64,000 bases of DNA, from positions 3,332 through 67,331 of the forward strand of contig DATGSS010000099.1 in the NCBI GenBank assembly GCA_035302345.1, written 5' to 3'. Below, piece after piece: positions 9,527 through 17,799 of this stretch. The stretch's first letter is position 1. The number at the start of each line of letters is the position of its first letter. Both the position numbers and the translations under genes were made by a program. The notes beneath the pieces are model-generated. The model saw only the letters and a program-made list of their open reading frames with translations. It searched no databases and was not told where the DNA came from. This DNA is from Paenalcaligenes sp. Its GTDB lineage: Bacteria > Pseudomonadota > Gammaproteobacteria > Burkholderiales > Burkholderiaceae_B.

Positions 9527-10486
9527 ATGATTATGAGAATTATTCGCAATACCTTCTTGACACCGTTTTTAGGCGCGGCTTTATTGACCTTTGGCCTGAC
9601 GGCTCATGCTTTTGAACTGGAACATAGTGCGGGCACCCTGCGCTTGGAAAATACACCTCAAAAAATTGTCAGCTATGAGTTGTCCCATCTAGATACCCTC
9701 AACGCTCTGGGTATTGAGGTAGCGGGCGTGCCCCAGTCTGTTTATGGGGGTGTTTTAGAAAAATTTAATCAAAGCCAGGTAGTGGGCACTTTATTTGAGC
9801 CCGATTATGATTCTTTAGAGGCGCTGCATCCCGACTTAATTATTGCCGGAGGCCGGTCAGAATCCGCTATTCCTGAACTTATGGAGCTGGCTCCTACGGT
9901 CAGCTTTATCACTGATCCGAATAATTTTTTAAATTCAGTTGAGCAATCCACCCTCCAATTGGCGCGCGCTTTTGATAAAACAGAAGAGGCGACTCAACAG
10001 CTGGAACAGCTAGAACAACAAATCGCCAAACTCTACGAAATTAATTCGGATAAAACGGGCATACTTTTGTTTACCATCAATGGTCGGCTCATCCCACATG
10101 CACCTGGTGATCGATTTGGTTACGTCTATGAGCTCACCGGCCTACAATCCGTATTGCCCGAACGGAGCACTGCCGAATTAACCCAGCCCCGCCCCAAGCC
10201 TGATAGCCCCGAAGCTGAGGCTGCTGCCATCAAAAATGCTACCGAGCTAAACGCCATTGCCCAAGCCGACCCTGACTGGATCATCATCGTAGATCGCGGT
10301 GCTATCAATAATGGCAAAAAAACCGCTGCGGACACTTTGGCTGCCCACGAGACACTAAACAAAACACAGGCTTTTAAAAAGGGGCAGGTTTATTATGCTG
10401 ATCCCAATGGCTGGTATTTAATCACCGGCGGATTAAATAATTTAAATACCATCACCGCTGATATGATCGAAAAAATGGGCTCATAG
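9527..10486 (+). CDS. Siderophore ABC transporter substrate-binding protein (FatB/CeuE-like)
   Basis: Signal peptide; PQKIV, VGTLFEPD, PDLII, RFG and DRG motifs; Fur box at the start. Confidence 0.85.
   Translation: MIMRIIRNTFLTPFLGAALLTFGLTAHAFELEHSAGTLRLENTPQKIVSYELSHLDTLNALGIEVAGVPQSVYGGVLEKFNQSQVVGTLFEPDYDSLEALHPDLIIAGGRSESAIPELMELAPTVSFITDPNNFLNSVEQSTLQLARAFDKTEEATQQLEQLEQQIAKLYEINSDKTGILLFTINGRLIPHAPGDRFGYVYELTGLQSVLPERSTAELTQPRPKPDSPEAEAAAIKNATELNAIAQADPDWIIIVDRGAINNGKKTAADTLAAHETLNKTQAFKKGQVYYADPNGWYLITGGLNNLNTITADMIEKMGS
9532..9550. promoter_or_regulatory. Fur box overlapping start of siderophore-binding gene
   Basis: TGAGAAT-T-ATTCGCA (9534-9548), a 7-1-7 inverted repeat resembling TGATAAT-N-ATTATCA. 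Confidence 0.75.
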
Positions 10487-10508
10487 ACACCACACATCCA
10501 TCATTAAA

Positions 10509-11810
10509 CTACTCTGCATTTGTCGTCGCAGACAGTGCCAACAGGCGTTTGCGCACATATTCAGCCCACTGTAATAGTGGTGCATCATAATGACGACGCG
10601 CAATCAACTGTAAGCCCAACGGCATCCCATCGGCATCCTGCTCGACAGGCATCCCGAGGCACGGCACGTGCAAAGCACTCCAATAACAATTAAATGCCGA
10701 ACTGCCCGTATGAGTCTGCGTTTTAGGGGCGGCACCTGCTGCACCTATCGTCAACACCACATCGACCTCATTTTCCTGAAACCAATCGTCTAACTGCAAA
10801 CGCGCGCGCTCTAAATCAATATAGGCCCCGCGAACCTGCTCAATATCAGCGTTGTAGCCCGTGTTGATCAACTGCTGCAGGGCTGGACTGAATGCTGAGA
10901 ATAACTGGGGCAACACTGCCTGCTGAGACTGCACCATTTCTACTGCCATTAATAGCCGATGCTGCGCACTGACCTGCTGCATATCTATAGGCAGGGCACA
11001 TAATCGGGCCCGCAATAAATCAGCGCACCGCTGCAATGATGCTTGCATTGAAGCACTGGCCTGTGCCCAAAAAGGCCCCTGATACACCACAATCCGAAGT
11101 GGTCGCTGGGTATTAATTGTTTCGGTTTCTTTTAATACCTCACCTATCAATACCTGATACAGCAAAGCAATATCCTCTAGGTAACGTCCAAACCAGCCCA
11201 CCGTATCAAAGCTTTCAGCAAAAGGAGCGAGCCCCTGCCGACTCAGGCGACCAAAGGTAGGTTTAAACCCATACACCCCACAAAACGATGCTGGACGAAT
11301 AATGGAACCCCCTGTCTGCGTGCCGATTGAGAGCGGGACAAAGCCTGCTGCCACCCCAGCAGCAGAACCACTGGATGAGCCCCCTGGCGTGCGCCGGGAA
11401 TCATGGGGATGGCGCGTTGCCGGTGGCTGGGCGTAGGCAAACTCGGCCGTAGTGGCTTTGCCCAAAATAACCGCACCCGCCTGGCGTAAGCGAGCAACGC
11501 AGGCGGCATCATAAGCAGGCTGGCGGCAAAACACCTCATGCGCCCCATAAGCAGTAGGCATGCCTCGCACATCAAGCACATCTTTGATGGCAATGGGAAT
11601 ACCTGCCAAGGGCAACTGAGTATCCACCATGGCGGCCTGCCGTTGTGCCATGGCCTGATCCCAATAAGCCATGGCCTGTACCTGCGACTCTCGCGCCTGG
11701 AGCGCATCCAAAAACTGCTGCACATACGCCTGTGCACTCAGTTCCCCTTGGCGGATAGCATTGACTGCAGCCTGTGCGCTGCCAGTAAATATAGGTGGCG
11801 AAATCCCCAT
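10509..11810 (-). CDS. Amidase-signature family amidase
   Basis: IAIKD, TPGGSSSGSAA and GTQTGGSIIRPASFCG (Ser-cisSer-Lys triad). Confidence 0.92.
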   Translation of the reverse strand: MGISPPIFTGSAQAAVNAIRQGELSAQAYVQQFLDALQARESQVQAMAYWDQAMAQRQAAMVDTQLPLAGIPIAIKDVLDVRGMPTAYGAHEVFCRQPAYDAACVARLRQAGAVILGKATTAEFAYAQPPATRHPHDSRRTPGGSSSGSAAGVAAGFVPLSIGTQTGGSIIRPASFCGVYGFKPTFGRLSRQGLAPFAESFDTVGWFGRYLEDIALLYQVLIGEVLKETETINTQRPLRIVVYQGPFWAQASASMQASLQRCADLLRARLCALPIDMQQVSAQHRLLMAVEMVQSQQAVLPQLFSAFSPALQQLINTGYNADIEQVRGAYIDLERARLQLDDWFQENEVDVVLTIGAAGAAPKTQTHTGSSAFNCYWSALHVPCLGMPVEQDADGMPLGLQLIARRHYDAPLLQWAEYVRKRLLALSATTNAE

Positions 11811-11954
11811 GAATAACCTTGTAGCTGTAAGTATTAAGAATTTTTGTGTCTAAGGATACATATAAATTGTATTGGCTTAAAGAAATGCTCAACCCTAAGA
11901 TAAATAAAGAAATATTATTTAAAGATTTCGCTTTCTACTCAAAGCATACCCTCT

Positions 11955-12941
11955 ATGGATAGTCTTAGGTTTTTTCTCAGTGCCATCAGCAGGCAATCGC
12001 TACGTGCAGTACCTACTATTGTGGGTATCTTGCTGATCAACTTTTTTCTGTTGCAACAAGTCCCCGGTGATGCCGTCGATATCATGGCCGCCGAGGCAGG
12101 CGGTGCCAGCGCAGAAAGCATGCAGGCCATGCGCGAGGCTTATGGTCTGCTGGGCACGTGGTGGCAGCAGCTGGGAAACTACTTGGGGCAACTGGCCCGC
12201 GGTGATCTGGGGGTCTCGCCACGCTTTAATGAGCCGGTGCTGGATTTGATTTTTAAACGTTTACCCAACAGTCTTTTTCTAGTGATCTCTGGGCTGAGCC
12301 TGGCTATTGGGGTTGGCTTGGTACTGGGCAGCCTGATGGTGCGTTTTCACCGTCAAGTACCTGACCGCGTGCTGTCATTATTTAATTTGCTGCTGTATTC
12401 AACGCCCGGGTTTTGGTTGGGCTTGTTGCTGATTTATGTATTTTCCGTCCAATTAGGCTGGTTGCCCGCCATGGGCCATGCCAGCATCGATAGCAATCTG
12501 AGCGGCTGGTCATGGATCCATGACCGCCTCCGACATGCCATTTTGCCCATCCTGACAGTGGCCACATTTTTCATCGCTGTCTATGCACGATTAACCCGCG
12601 CCAGTCTGCTCGATATCGAAGATGCAGAATATATCCGCACCGCCCACGCCAAAGGGCTGGCCCCGTGGCGAATTACGTGGTTTCATCGCCTGCGCAATGC
12701 CCTCATCCCCGTCAGTACCATGGCCGGGGTGCATTTTGCGGCATTGTTTGGCGGCGCAGCTGTGACCGAAACTGTTTTTGCCTGGCCCGGCATTGGCCGC
12801 CTCACCCTGCAGGCTGTAATGACCCGAGACTTTCAATTACTGCTGGGCATTTTGCTGCTTTCCTCACTGGTCGTCGTGATTATCAACATTGTGATCGATG
12901 TCTTTCAGCAATGGCTCGATCCTAGAATTCGCACTGAATAA
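11955..12941 (+). CDS. Dpp/Opp-type ABC permease (DppB-like)
   Basis: PGD, GDLG, ARLTR...EYIRTAHAKGL (EAA), TETVFAWPGIG and LDPR motifs. Confidence 0.92.
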   Translation: MDSLRFFLSAISRQSLRAVPTIVGILLINFFLLQQVPGDAVDIMAAEAGGASAESMQAMREAYGLLGTWWQQLGNYLGQLARGDLGVSPRFNEPVLDLIFKRLPNSLFLVISGLSLAIGVGLVLGSLMVRFHRQVPDRVLSLFNLLLYSTPGFWLGLLLIYVFSVQLGWLPAMGHASIDSNLSGWSWIHDRLRHAILPILTVATFFIAVYARLTRASLLDIEDAEYIRTAHAKGLAPWRITWFHRLRNALIPVSTMAGVHFAALFGGAAVTETVFAWPGIGRLTLQAVMTRDFQLLLGILLLSSLVVVIINIVIDVFQQWLDPRIRTE

Positions 12942-12946
12942 TATTC

Positions 12947-13840
12947 ATGAATACTTATACGCGTTCACTGTCTAGCCCTGTCAAAGCAACACCCATACTA
13001 AAGAGCACGTTATCTGCAGTGCCGCGCTCAGTCCTGCACACGGTAATGCAACTAAATGGATTGCTCATCTTATTAGTGATCTTAGCCCTCACCGCCTGTG
13101 CATCATGGCTGACCGTGCACGATCCACTGGATATGGCTGGTATGCCCTTGTTACGTCCCTGGCAGGATGCGGCTCACTGGTTAGGGACAGATTCCATGGG
13201 TCGTGATGTATGGGCTGGGTTATTGTACGGCGCGCGTACCTCATTATTCATTGGGGTAGGAGCAGCCACCATCAGTCTGAGTGTCGGCATGACTGTCGGT
13301 CTGTGTGCGGGCTACTTTGGAGGCTGGATTGAGCAGGGCCTGAATCGCCTCACAGCGCTTTTTCAAACGATCCCTGCTTTCTTGTTGGTGATCGTGCTCG
13401 TTACGATTTATCGCCCCACCCTGTCCACCATCATTTTGGCTATTGGATTGGCCTCCTGGCCTGAAATAGCTCGTTTAACGCGGGCCGAATGCCGCCGCAT
13501 CAAGGCGCTAGAGTTCATACAGGCTGCCCGCTGTGCGGGGTTTTCTCATCGTCATATCATGACTCGCGAGATCCTGCCCAATGCATTACCCAGCATCATC
13601 GTGAGCAGTTCCATCCTGATTGCACATGCCATTTTGATGGAATCCGGTCTGGCCTTTTTAGGGCTCAGCGACCCTAACGTAGCTAGCTGGGGGGCCATGA
13701 TCAGCAGTGGCCGCGAGCAGCTCAGCTCGGCGTGGTATTTGACCGCCATTCCAGGAGTGGCCATCGCATTTACAGTGCTGGCATTTAATCATTTGGGAGA
13801 TCAACTCAATGACCGCTTTAACCCCCGACAACGAGTTTAG
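12947..13840 (+). CDS. Dpp/Opp-type ABC permease (DppC-like)
   Basis: HWLGTDSMGRD, EFIQAAR, LPN, ESGLAFLGL and SWG motifs. Confidence 0.92.
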   Translation: MNTYTRSLSSPVKATPILKSTLSAVPRSVLHTVMQLNGLLILLVILALTACASWLTVHDPLDMAGMPLLRPWQDAAHWLGTDSMGRDVWAGLLYGARTSLFIGVGAATISLSVGMTVGLCAGYFGGWIEQGLNRLTALFQTIPAFLLVIVLVTIYRPTLSTIILAIGLASWPEIARLTRAECRRIKALEFIQAARCAGFSHRHIMTREILPNALPSIIVSSSILIAHAILMESGLAFLGLSDPNVASWGAMISSGREQLSSAWYLTAIPGVAIAFTVLAFNHLGDQLNDRFNPRQRV

Positions 13841-15635
13841 TCTGCACTGCACCAACAGTATGGGTGGGCACCCTTTATCAGCCAACGGTGTATTTCCAGT
13901 ACGATTCTCATTGGGTGACAGACCACATGGTGAACTTACCCAGGCGATAGATACTGCGGCTCATCAAAAGCATCACTTTTTACTGCAGGTCCAAGACCTA
14001 ACCGTTCGCTACGGCCGTAAAACAGTGGTTGAACCCATGAATTTTAGTCTGGCACAGGGGCAAACGCTGGCTTTGGTGGGCGAATCAGGATCAGGCAAAA
14101 CCACCACTGCCCTAGCGCTGTGCGGGCTTTTGCCACGCAATGCCCATGTGCAGGGGGAAGCCTATTTCCAAGGCACGGACCTATTGTCTTTGCGGCCTGC
14201 CCAGTTACGCGCCTATCAGGGCAGTGATATTGGGGTTATTTTCCAAGAACCCCTCAGTAGCCTTAACCCCGTATTGCGCATCCATACCCAAATTGATGAG
14301 GTCCTAAAAACCCATACCCAGCTGGGCAAGAAACAACGTACAGCCCGAATACTACAGTGTTTAGAACAGGTCGAATTACCCCAGCCGGAAATATTGATGC
14401 ATCGTTATCCACATCAACTGTCAGGAGGGCAACGACAACGTGTCATGATCGCCATGGCCATTGCCTGCGAGCCCCGTCTGTTGGTGGCTGATGAACCCAC
14501 CACCGCACTGGATGTGATTACCCAAAAAGGGATCCTAGATTTACTGCATAAAATACAGCAGGAATCTAATATGGCTATGCTTTTGATTAGTCATGATCTA
14601 GCGGTCGTAGCCGAACGTAGCGATCATGTTGTAATCATGCATGAGGGGCGCATCATTGAGCAGGGCCGTACCGCGCAGGTATTACAATATCCTCAGGCCG
14701 GCTATACACAGCAATTAATCAAGGCCACTTTACCCATTGAGCTCAATTTGCATTATCAACAGTCGGGTTTGGATACCCACCCCGCAAATACCGCAGACCT
14801 AGATAACAGCCAACCACACGGGCCTAACACGGCTGTTGGCGTCCCGCCCCTTTTGCAAGTCAGCGAGCTGCACAAAACCTTTTCCCAAAAAAACCAAGTG
14901 CGGCGTGCTGTTGATGGGGTGAGCTTTAATCTATACACGGGCGAGACTCTGGGACTAGTCGGTGCCTCGGGCTGTGGGAAATCCACCCTGAGCCGTTTGA
15001 TCATGCGTTTGCACGAACCCGACGCGGGCGAAATCCATTTTCAAGGGCAGTCTTTGTCAGCCGCTAAAGGAGCAGCCTTGCAGTCCCTGAGACCGCGTAT
15101 CCAAATGGTGTTCCAAGATCCTTATGGATCATTAAATCCACGCACCTCTATTGGCAAGCTATTCGACCAATTACAGCGCCTGCATTTTCCCCAGCGCAAC
15201 CGTGGTCAACGACTCAAACATAGCCACGACATGCTGGATGCCGTTCACATGAGCACCCAAAGCCTAAAGCGCTACCCCCATGAATTTTCCGGGGGTCAAA
15301 GACAGCGCATTGCCATTGCACGCGCCCTACTGCTACAACCCAAACTGCTGATTTGCGATGAGCCTGTTTCGGCCCTGGATGTGTCTATTCAAGAACGCAT
15401 ATTGGACCTTTTTGTTGGACTCAAAAAGGAATTCAACTTATCGTATTTATTTATATCGCATGATTTGGCTGTGGTGCGCTATATATCCGATCGGTTATTG
15501 GTCATGCACGAGGGGCAGATCGTCGACACCCACCATTTTGAAAATGCCCAGTGGTCGGCGCCGCGTCACCCCTACACGCAGCGCCTCATGCAGGCGATCG
15601 CCCGTTTTCCATTCCCGTTGACACAGCGCATCTAA
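13809..15635 (+). CDS. Fused double ABC ATPase (DppD/F-like); start uncertain
   Basis: Two Walker A motifs ([16 protein letters not shown]), signatures LSGGQRQR and [11 protein letters not shown] Walker B. Confidence 0.92.
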   Translation: MTALTPDNEFSLHCTNSMGGHPLSANGVFPVRFSLGDRPHGELTQAIDTAAHQKHHFLLQVQDLTVRYGRKTVVEPMNFSLAQGQTLALVGESGSGKTTTALALCGLLPRNAHVQGEAYFQGTDLLSLRPAQLRAYQGSDIGVIFQEPLSSLNPVLRIHTQIDEVLKTHTQLGKKQRTARILQCLEQVELPQPEILMHRYPHQLSGGQRQRVMIAMAIACEPRLLVADEPTTALDVITQKGILDLLHKIQQESNMAMLLISHDLAVVAERSDHVVIMHEGRIIEQGRTAQVLQYPQAGYTQQLIKATLPIELNLHYQQSGLDTHPANTADLDNSQPHGPNTAVGVPPLLQVSELHKTFSQKNQVRRAVDGVSFNLYTGETLGLVGASGCGKSTLSRLIMRLHEPDAGEIHFQGQSLSAAKGAALQSLRPRIQMVFQDPYGSLNPRTSIGKLFDQLQRLHFPQRNRGQRLKHSHDMLDAVHMSTQSLKRYPHEFSGGQRQRIAIARALLLQPKLLICDEPVSALDVSIQERILDLFVGLKKEFNLSYLFISHDLAVVRYISDRLLVMHEGQIVDTHHFENAQWSAPRHPYTQRLMQAIARFPFPLTQRI

Positions 15636-15673
15636 ATACCGTCCGTCACTATCCCAGCCCATAAGATTGAACC

Positions 15674-17176
15674 ATGACATTGATACACTCTTTAAACGAT
15701 TTAGAACAGCAACTGCATTACCACCTGTCTTTACTGCGTTTACCCGAAGCCAACTGGCCGCCTGCCCGCATGCACAAAGGCCAGCCCATTTACGATGTCA
15801 TTATTGTGGGAGCAGGCATGTCAGGCGCTTGTGCAGCGGCAGCACTAAAGCTACGGGGCATTCATAACATAGCGCTTTTTGATGTGGCCGAACCCCATCA
15901 AGAAGGACCTTGGGCCACGTTCGCACGGATGGAGACCCTACGTTCACCCAAAGAATTAACAGGCCCGGCCCTGGGTATACCGATGCTGACCTTTCAGGCC
16001 TGGTACACCGCCCAACACGGCACAGCAGCCTGGCAAGAACTAGATCGTATCCCCCGACTGGTATGGCATGACTACCTACAGTGGTACAAAGAAATACTGC
16101 AGCTACCCGCCATCAACCAACAGCAACTGCTTGATATTGATAGTGTCAGTAGCGATGAACTCACTACCCCTATCGCCCAACTGCATTTCCAAGACCAGCG
16201 CACTCAGGAAAAATACACCCACTATGCACGGCACGTGATTTTAGCCCTAGGCATGGGTGGATTTGGGGGGCCTAATATCCCCGCCTGGGCGCAACAACTG
16301 CCCAAAGAAAGCTGGTATCACAGCAGCGAAATAATCGACCCACACAGTTTTAAAGGTCAACGCCTGGTGGTGGTTGGCGGCGGCGATTCTGCCCTAGATG
16401 CCGCTGCAACAGCACTAGAGCATGGGGCACAACATGTAGATTTGTGCATTCGTGGTTCGGGCTATACCCATATTAATTATTCAAAAGCACTGGGCCATGC
16501 AGGCCACCGAGCCGGTTACGCATCACTAACTGCCGCACAAAAATCAGCCCTCTTGGGCTTTTTAGCCCAACACGCTACGCCCCCCTCACGCGGCACCGTC
16601 GCACGTGTTATCGCCATCGAAGAACAACGCCCGGGCACATTAAATATTCATTTTAATTATGAAATAGAGCATGCCGAATACCTAGAGGGGCAACTCACAC
16701 TCAACGCAGCAGATCAAGAAGGCATCGTCGCTGACGCACTCGTACTGGCCACTGGCTATCGTACCGATCCCCGCCTACGCCCCGAGCTGCAATCTATCAT
16801 CCCGCATTTGCAGTTTTACGAGGCCGACGCAATCGCTGCCCACGTACCGCACGAAGGGGGGGTTATCCCCGAGCTCAACCAAGACTTTTCTTTTCAAGCT
16901 CGACCCGACAGCCATTACCCACTGGCAACACAAATACACTGCTTTATGCATGCAGCCATCCTCAGCGTCGGACGCATCTGTGGCGATATCCCCGGCATCA
17001 GCCAGGGTGCAACCCAAATGGCCCAAGGAATCGCCGCTAAAATTTACCAAGCAGAATTTGACCACGAGCTAGCCACAGTGGAAAACTACGACGAGCTCGA
17101 AGTCAGTGACGAAGCGCTCCAACCCCTATTGGACCTGGCCCAGCAAACGAAAACGCGGAAAAAATCTATTGTTTAA
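15674..17176 (+). CDS. FAD/NAD(P)H-dependent monooxygenase (class B; HpyO urate hydroxylase-like)
   Basis: GAGMSG, GGGDSA and ATGY motifs; family block EGPWATFARMETLRSPKELTGP. The HpyO resemblance is from memory only. Confidence 0.75.
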   Translation: MTLIHSLNDLEQQLHYHLSLLRLPEANWPPARMHKGQPIYDVIIVGAGMSGACAAAALKLRGIHNIALFDVAEPHQEGPWATFARMETLRSPKELTGPALGIPMLTFQAWYTAQHGTAAWQELDRIPRLVWHDYLQWYKEILQLPAINQQQLLDIDSVSSDELTTPIAQLHFQDQRTQEKYTHYARHVILALGMGGFGGPNIPAWAQQLPKESWYHSSEIIDPHSFKGQRLVVVGGGDSALDAAATALEHGAQHVDLCIRGSGYTHINYSKALGHAGHRAGYASLTAAQKSALLGFLAQHATPPSRGTVARVIAIEEQRPGTLNIHFNYEIEHAEYLEGQLTLNAADQEGIVADALVLATGYRTDPRLRPELQSIIPHLQFYEADAIAAHVPHEGGVIPELNQDFSFQARPDSHYPLATQIHCFMHAAILSVGRICGDIPGISQGATQMAQGIAAKIYQAEFDHELATVENYDELEVSDEALQPLLDLAQQTKTRKKSIV

Positions 17177-17246
17177 GCTTAGACAGCATATATTAAAGAG
17201 CCTTAACAAAATAATCTTTTTTCTTAGCATGTGCTCGCTCTTACGA

Positions 17247-17274
17247 TTGACATAAACCCGCGCGAATGTATAAA
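17247..17274 (+). promoter_or_regulatory. Candidate sigma70 promoter with no downstream ORF
   Basis: TTGACA-N16-TATAAA. Confidence 0.45.
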
Positions 17275-17289
17275 ACATATACAATACGG

Positions 17290-17338
17290 CCTCTCTCGGT
17301 GTGCCTGCTTTTGCAGGTAAACCGCTGAGAGGTTTTTT
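17290..17338 (+). terminator. Long hairpin plus T6 (operon terminator or 3' end of an sRNA)
   Basis: CCTCTC/GAGAGG, CGGT/ACCG and TGCCTGC/GCAGGTA stems, then TTTTTT. Confidence 0.7.
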
Positions 17339-17376
17339 ATTGCTGCCTACTTTCTGCTCACTTTGTAAGCGCATCC

Positions 17377-17408
17377 AAAAAAACAGGCCCGCAAATGCGG
17401 ACCTGTTA
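17377..17408 (-). terminator. Terminator of xseA-xseB
   Basis: Minus strand AACAGGTCCGCA-TT-TGCGGGCCTG followed by a T run. Confidence 0.8.
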
Positions 17409-17477
17409 ACGCGTAGCTACAAAATAGGTACGGTTGCTAAACAAGCTTTAAGGTTGCTCTTTTCCCTTTTATCTCAG

Positions 17478-17753
17478 TTAAAAAGGAATATCATCATTCC
17501 CATCGCTGCTATCCACATGGTCCGCGCTATCTGATTCAGAGGCAGCTGCAAAATCGTCGTCCTGGACGCGGCTAAACGCCTGCTCCATCGCGGCTTCGAC
17601 GGCATCGATGCGCTCTTTGCACACGTTATAAGCACTGACCGATTCCGTGACGATCGTCAATAAATCATCGATGTTGGGTTCGTCTTGTGCACGCAGGGTA
17701 TCAGCGTGCTTTTGCAGGGTTTCATAGGCTTGTTTAAAGCTTTGTTGGGACAT
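17478..17753 (-). CDS. xseB: Exodeoxyribonuclease VII small subunit with acidic SSB-like tail (...DDIPF)
   Basis: SFKQAYETLQ...L...IDDL...C..RI helical-hairpin pattern; CAGGAG RBS before ATG 17753; directly downstream of xseA. Confidence 0.85.
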   Translation of the reverse strand: MSQQSFKQAYETLQKHADTLRAQDEPNIDDLLTIVTESVSAYNVCKERIDAVEAAMEQAFSRVQDDDFAAASESDSADHVDSSDGNDDIPF

Positions 17754-17799
17754 ATTAAGCTCCTGTTGTTTGCATATTTGAGTAAGTTTCCTAAATACG

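Noticed and set aside
11811-11954. Shared CysB-like AAGAAAT/AGCATA words here and upstream of the rhodanese and SQR genes
   Set aside because: Too degenerate in AT-rich DNA to support without a motif scan.
17301-17534. 77-aa ORF between monooxygenase and xseB
   Set aside because: Crosses two terminator hairpins, overlaps xseB antisense and has no recognisable motif.
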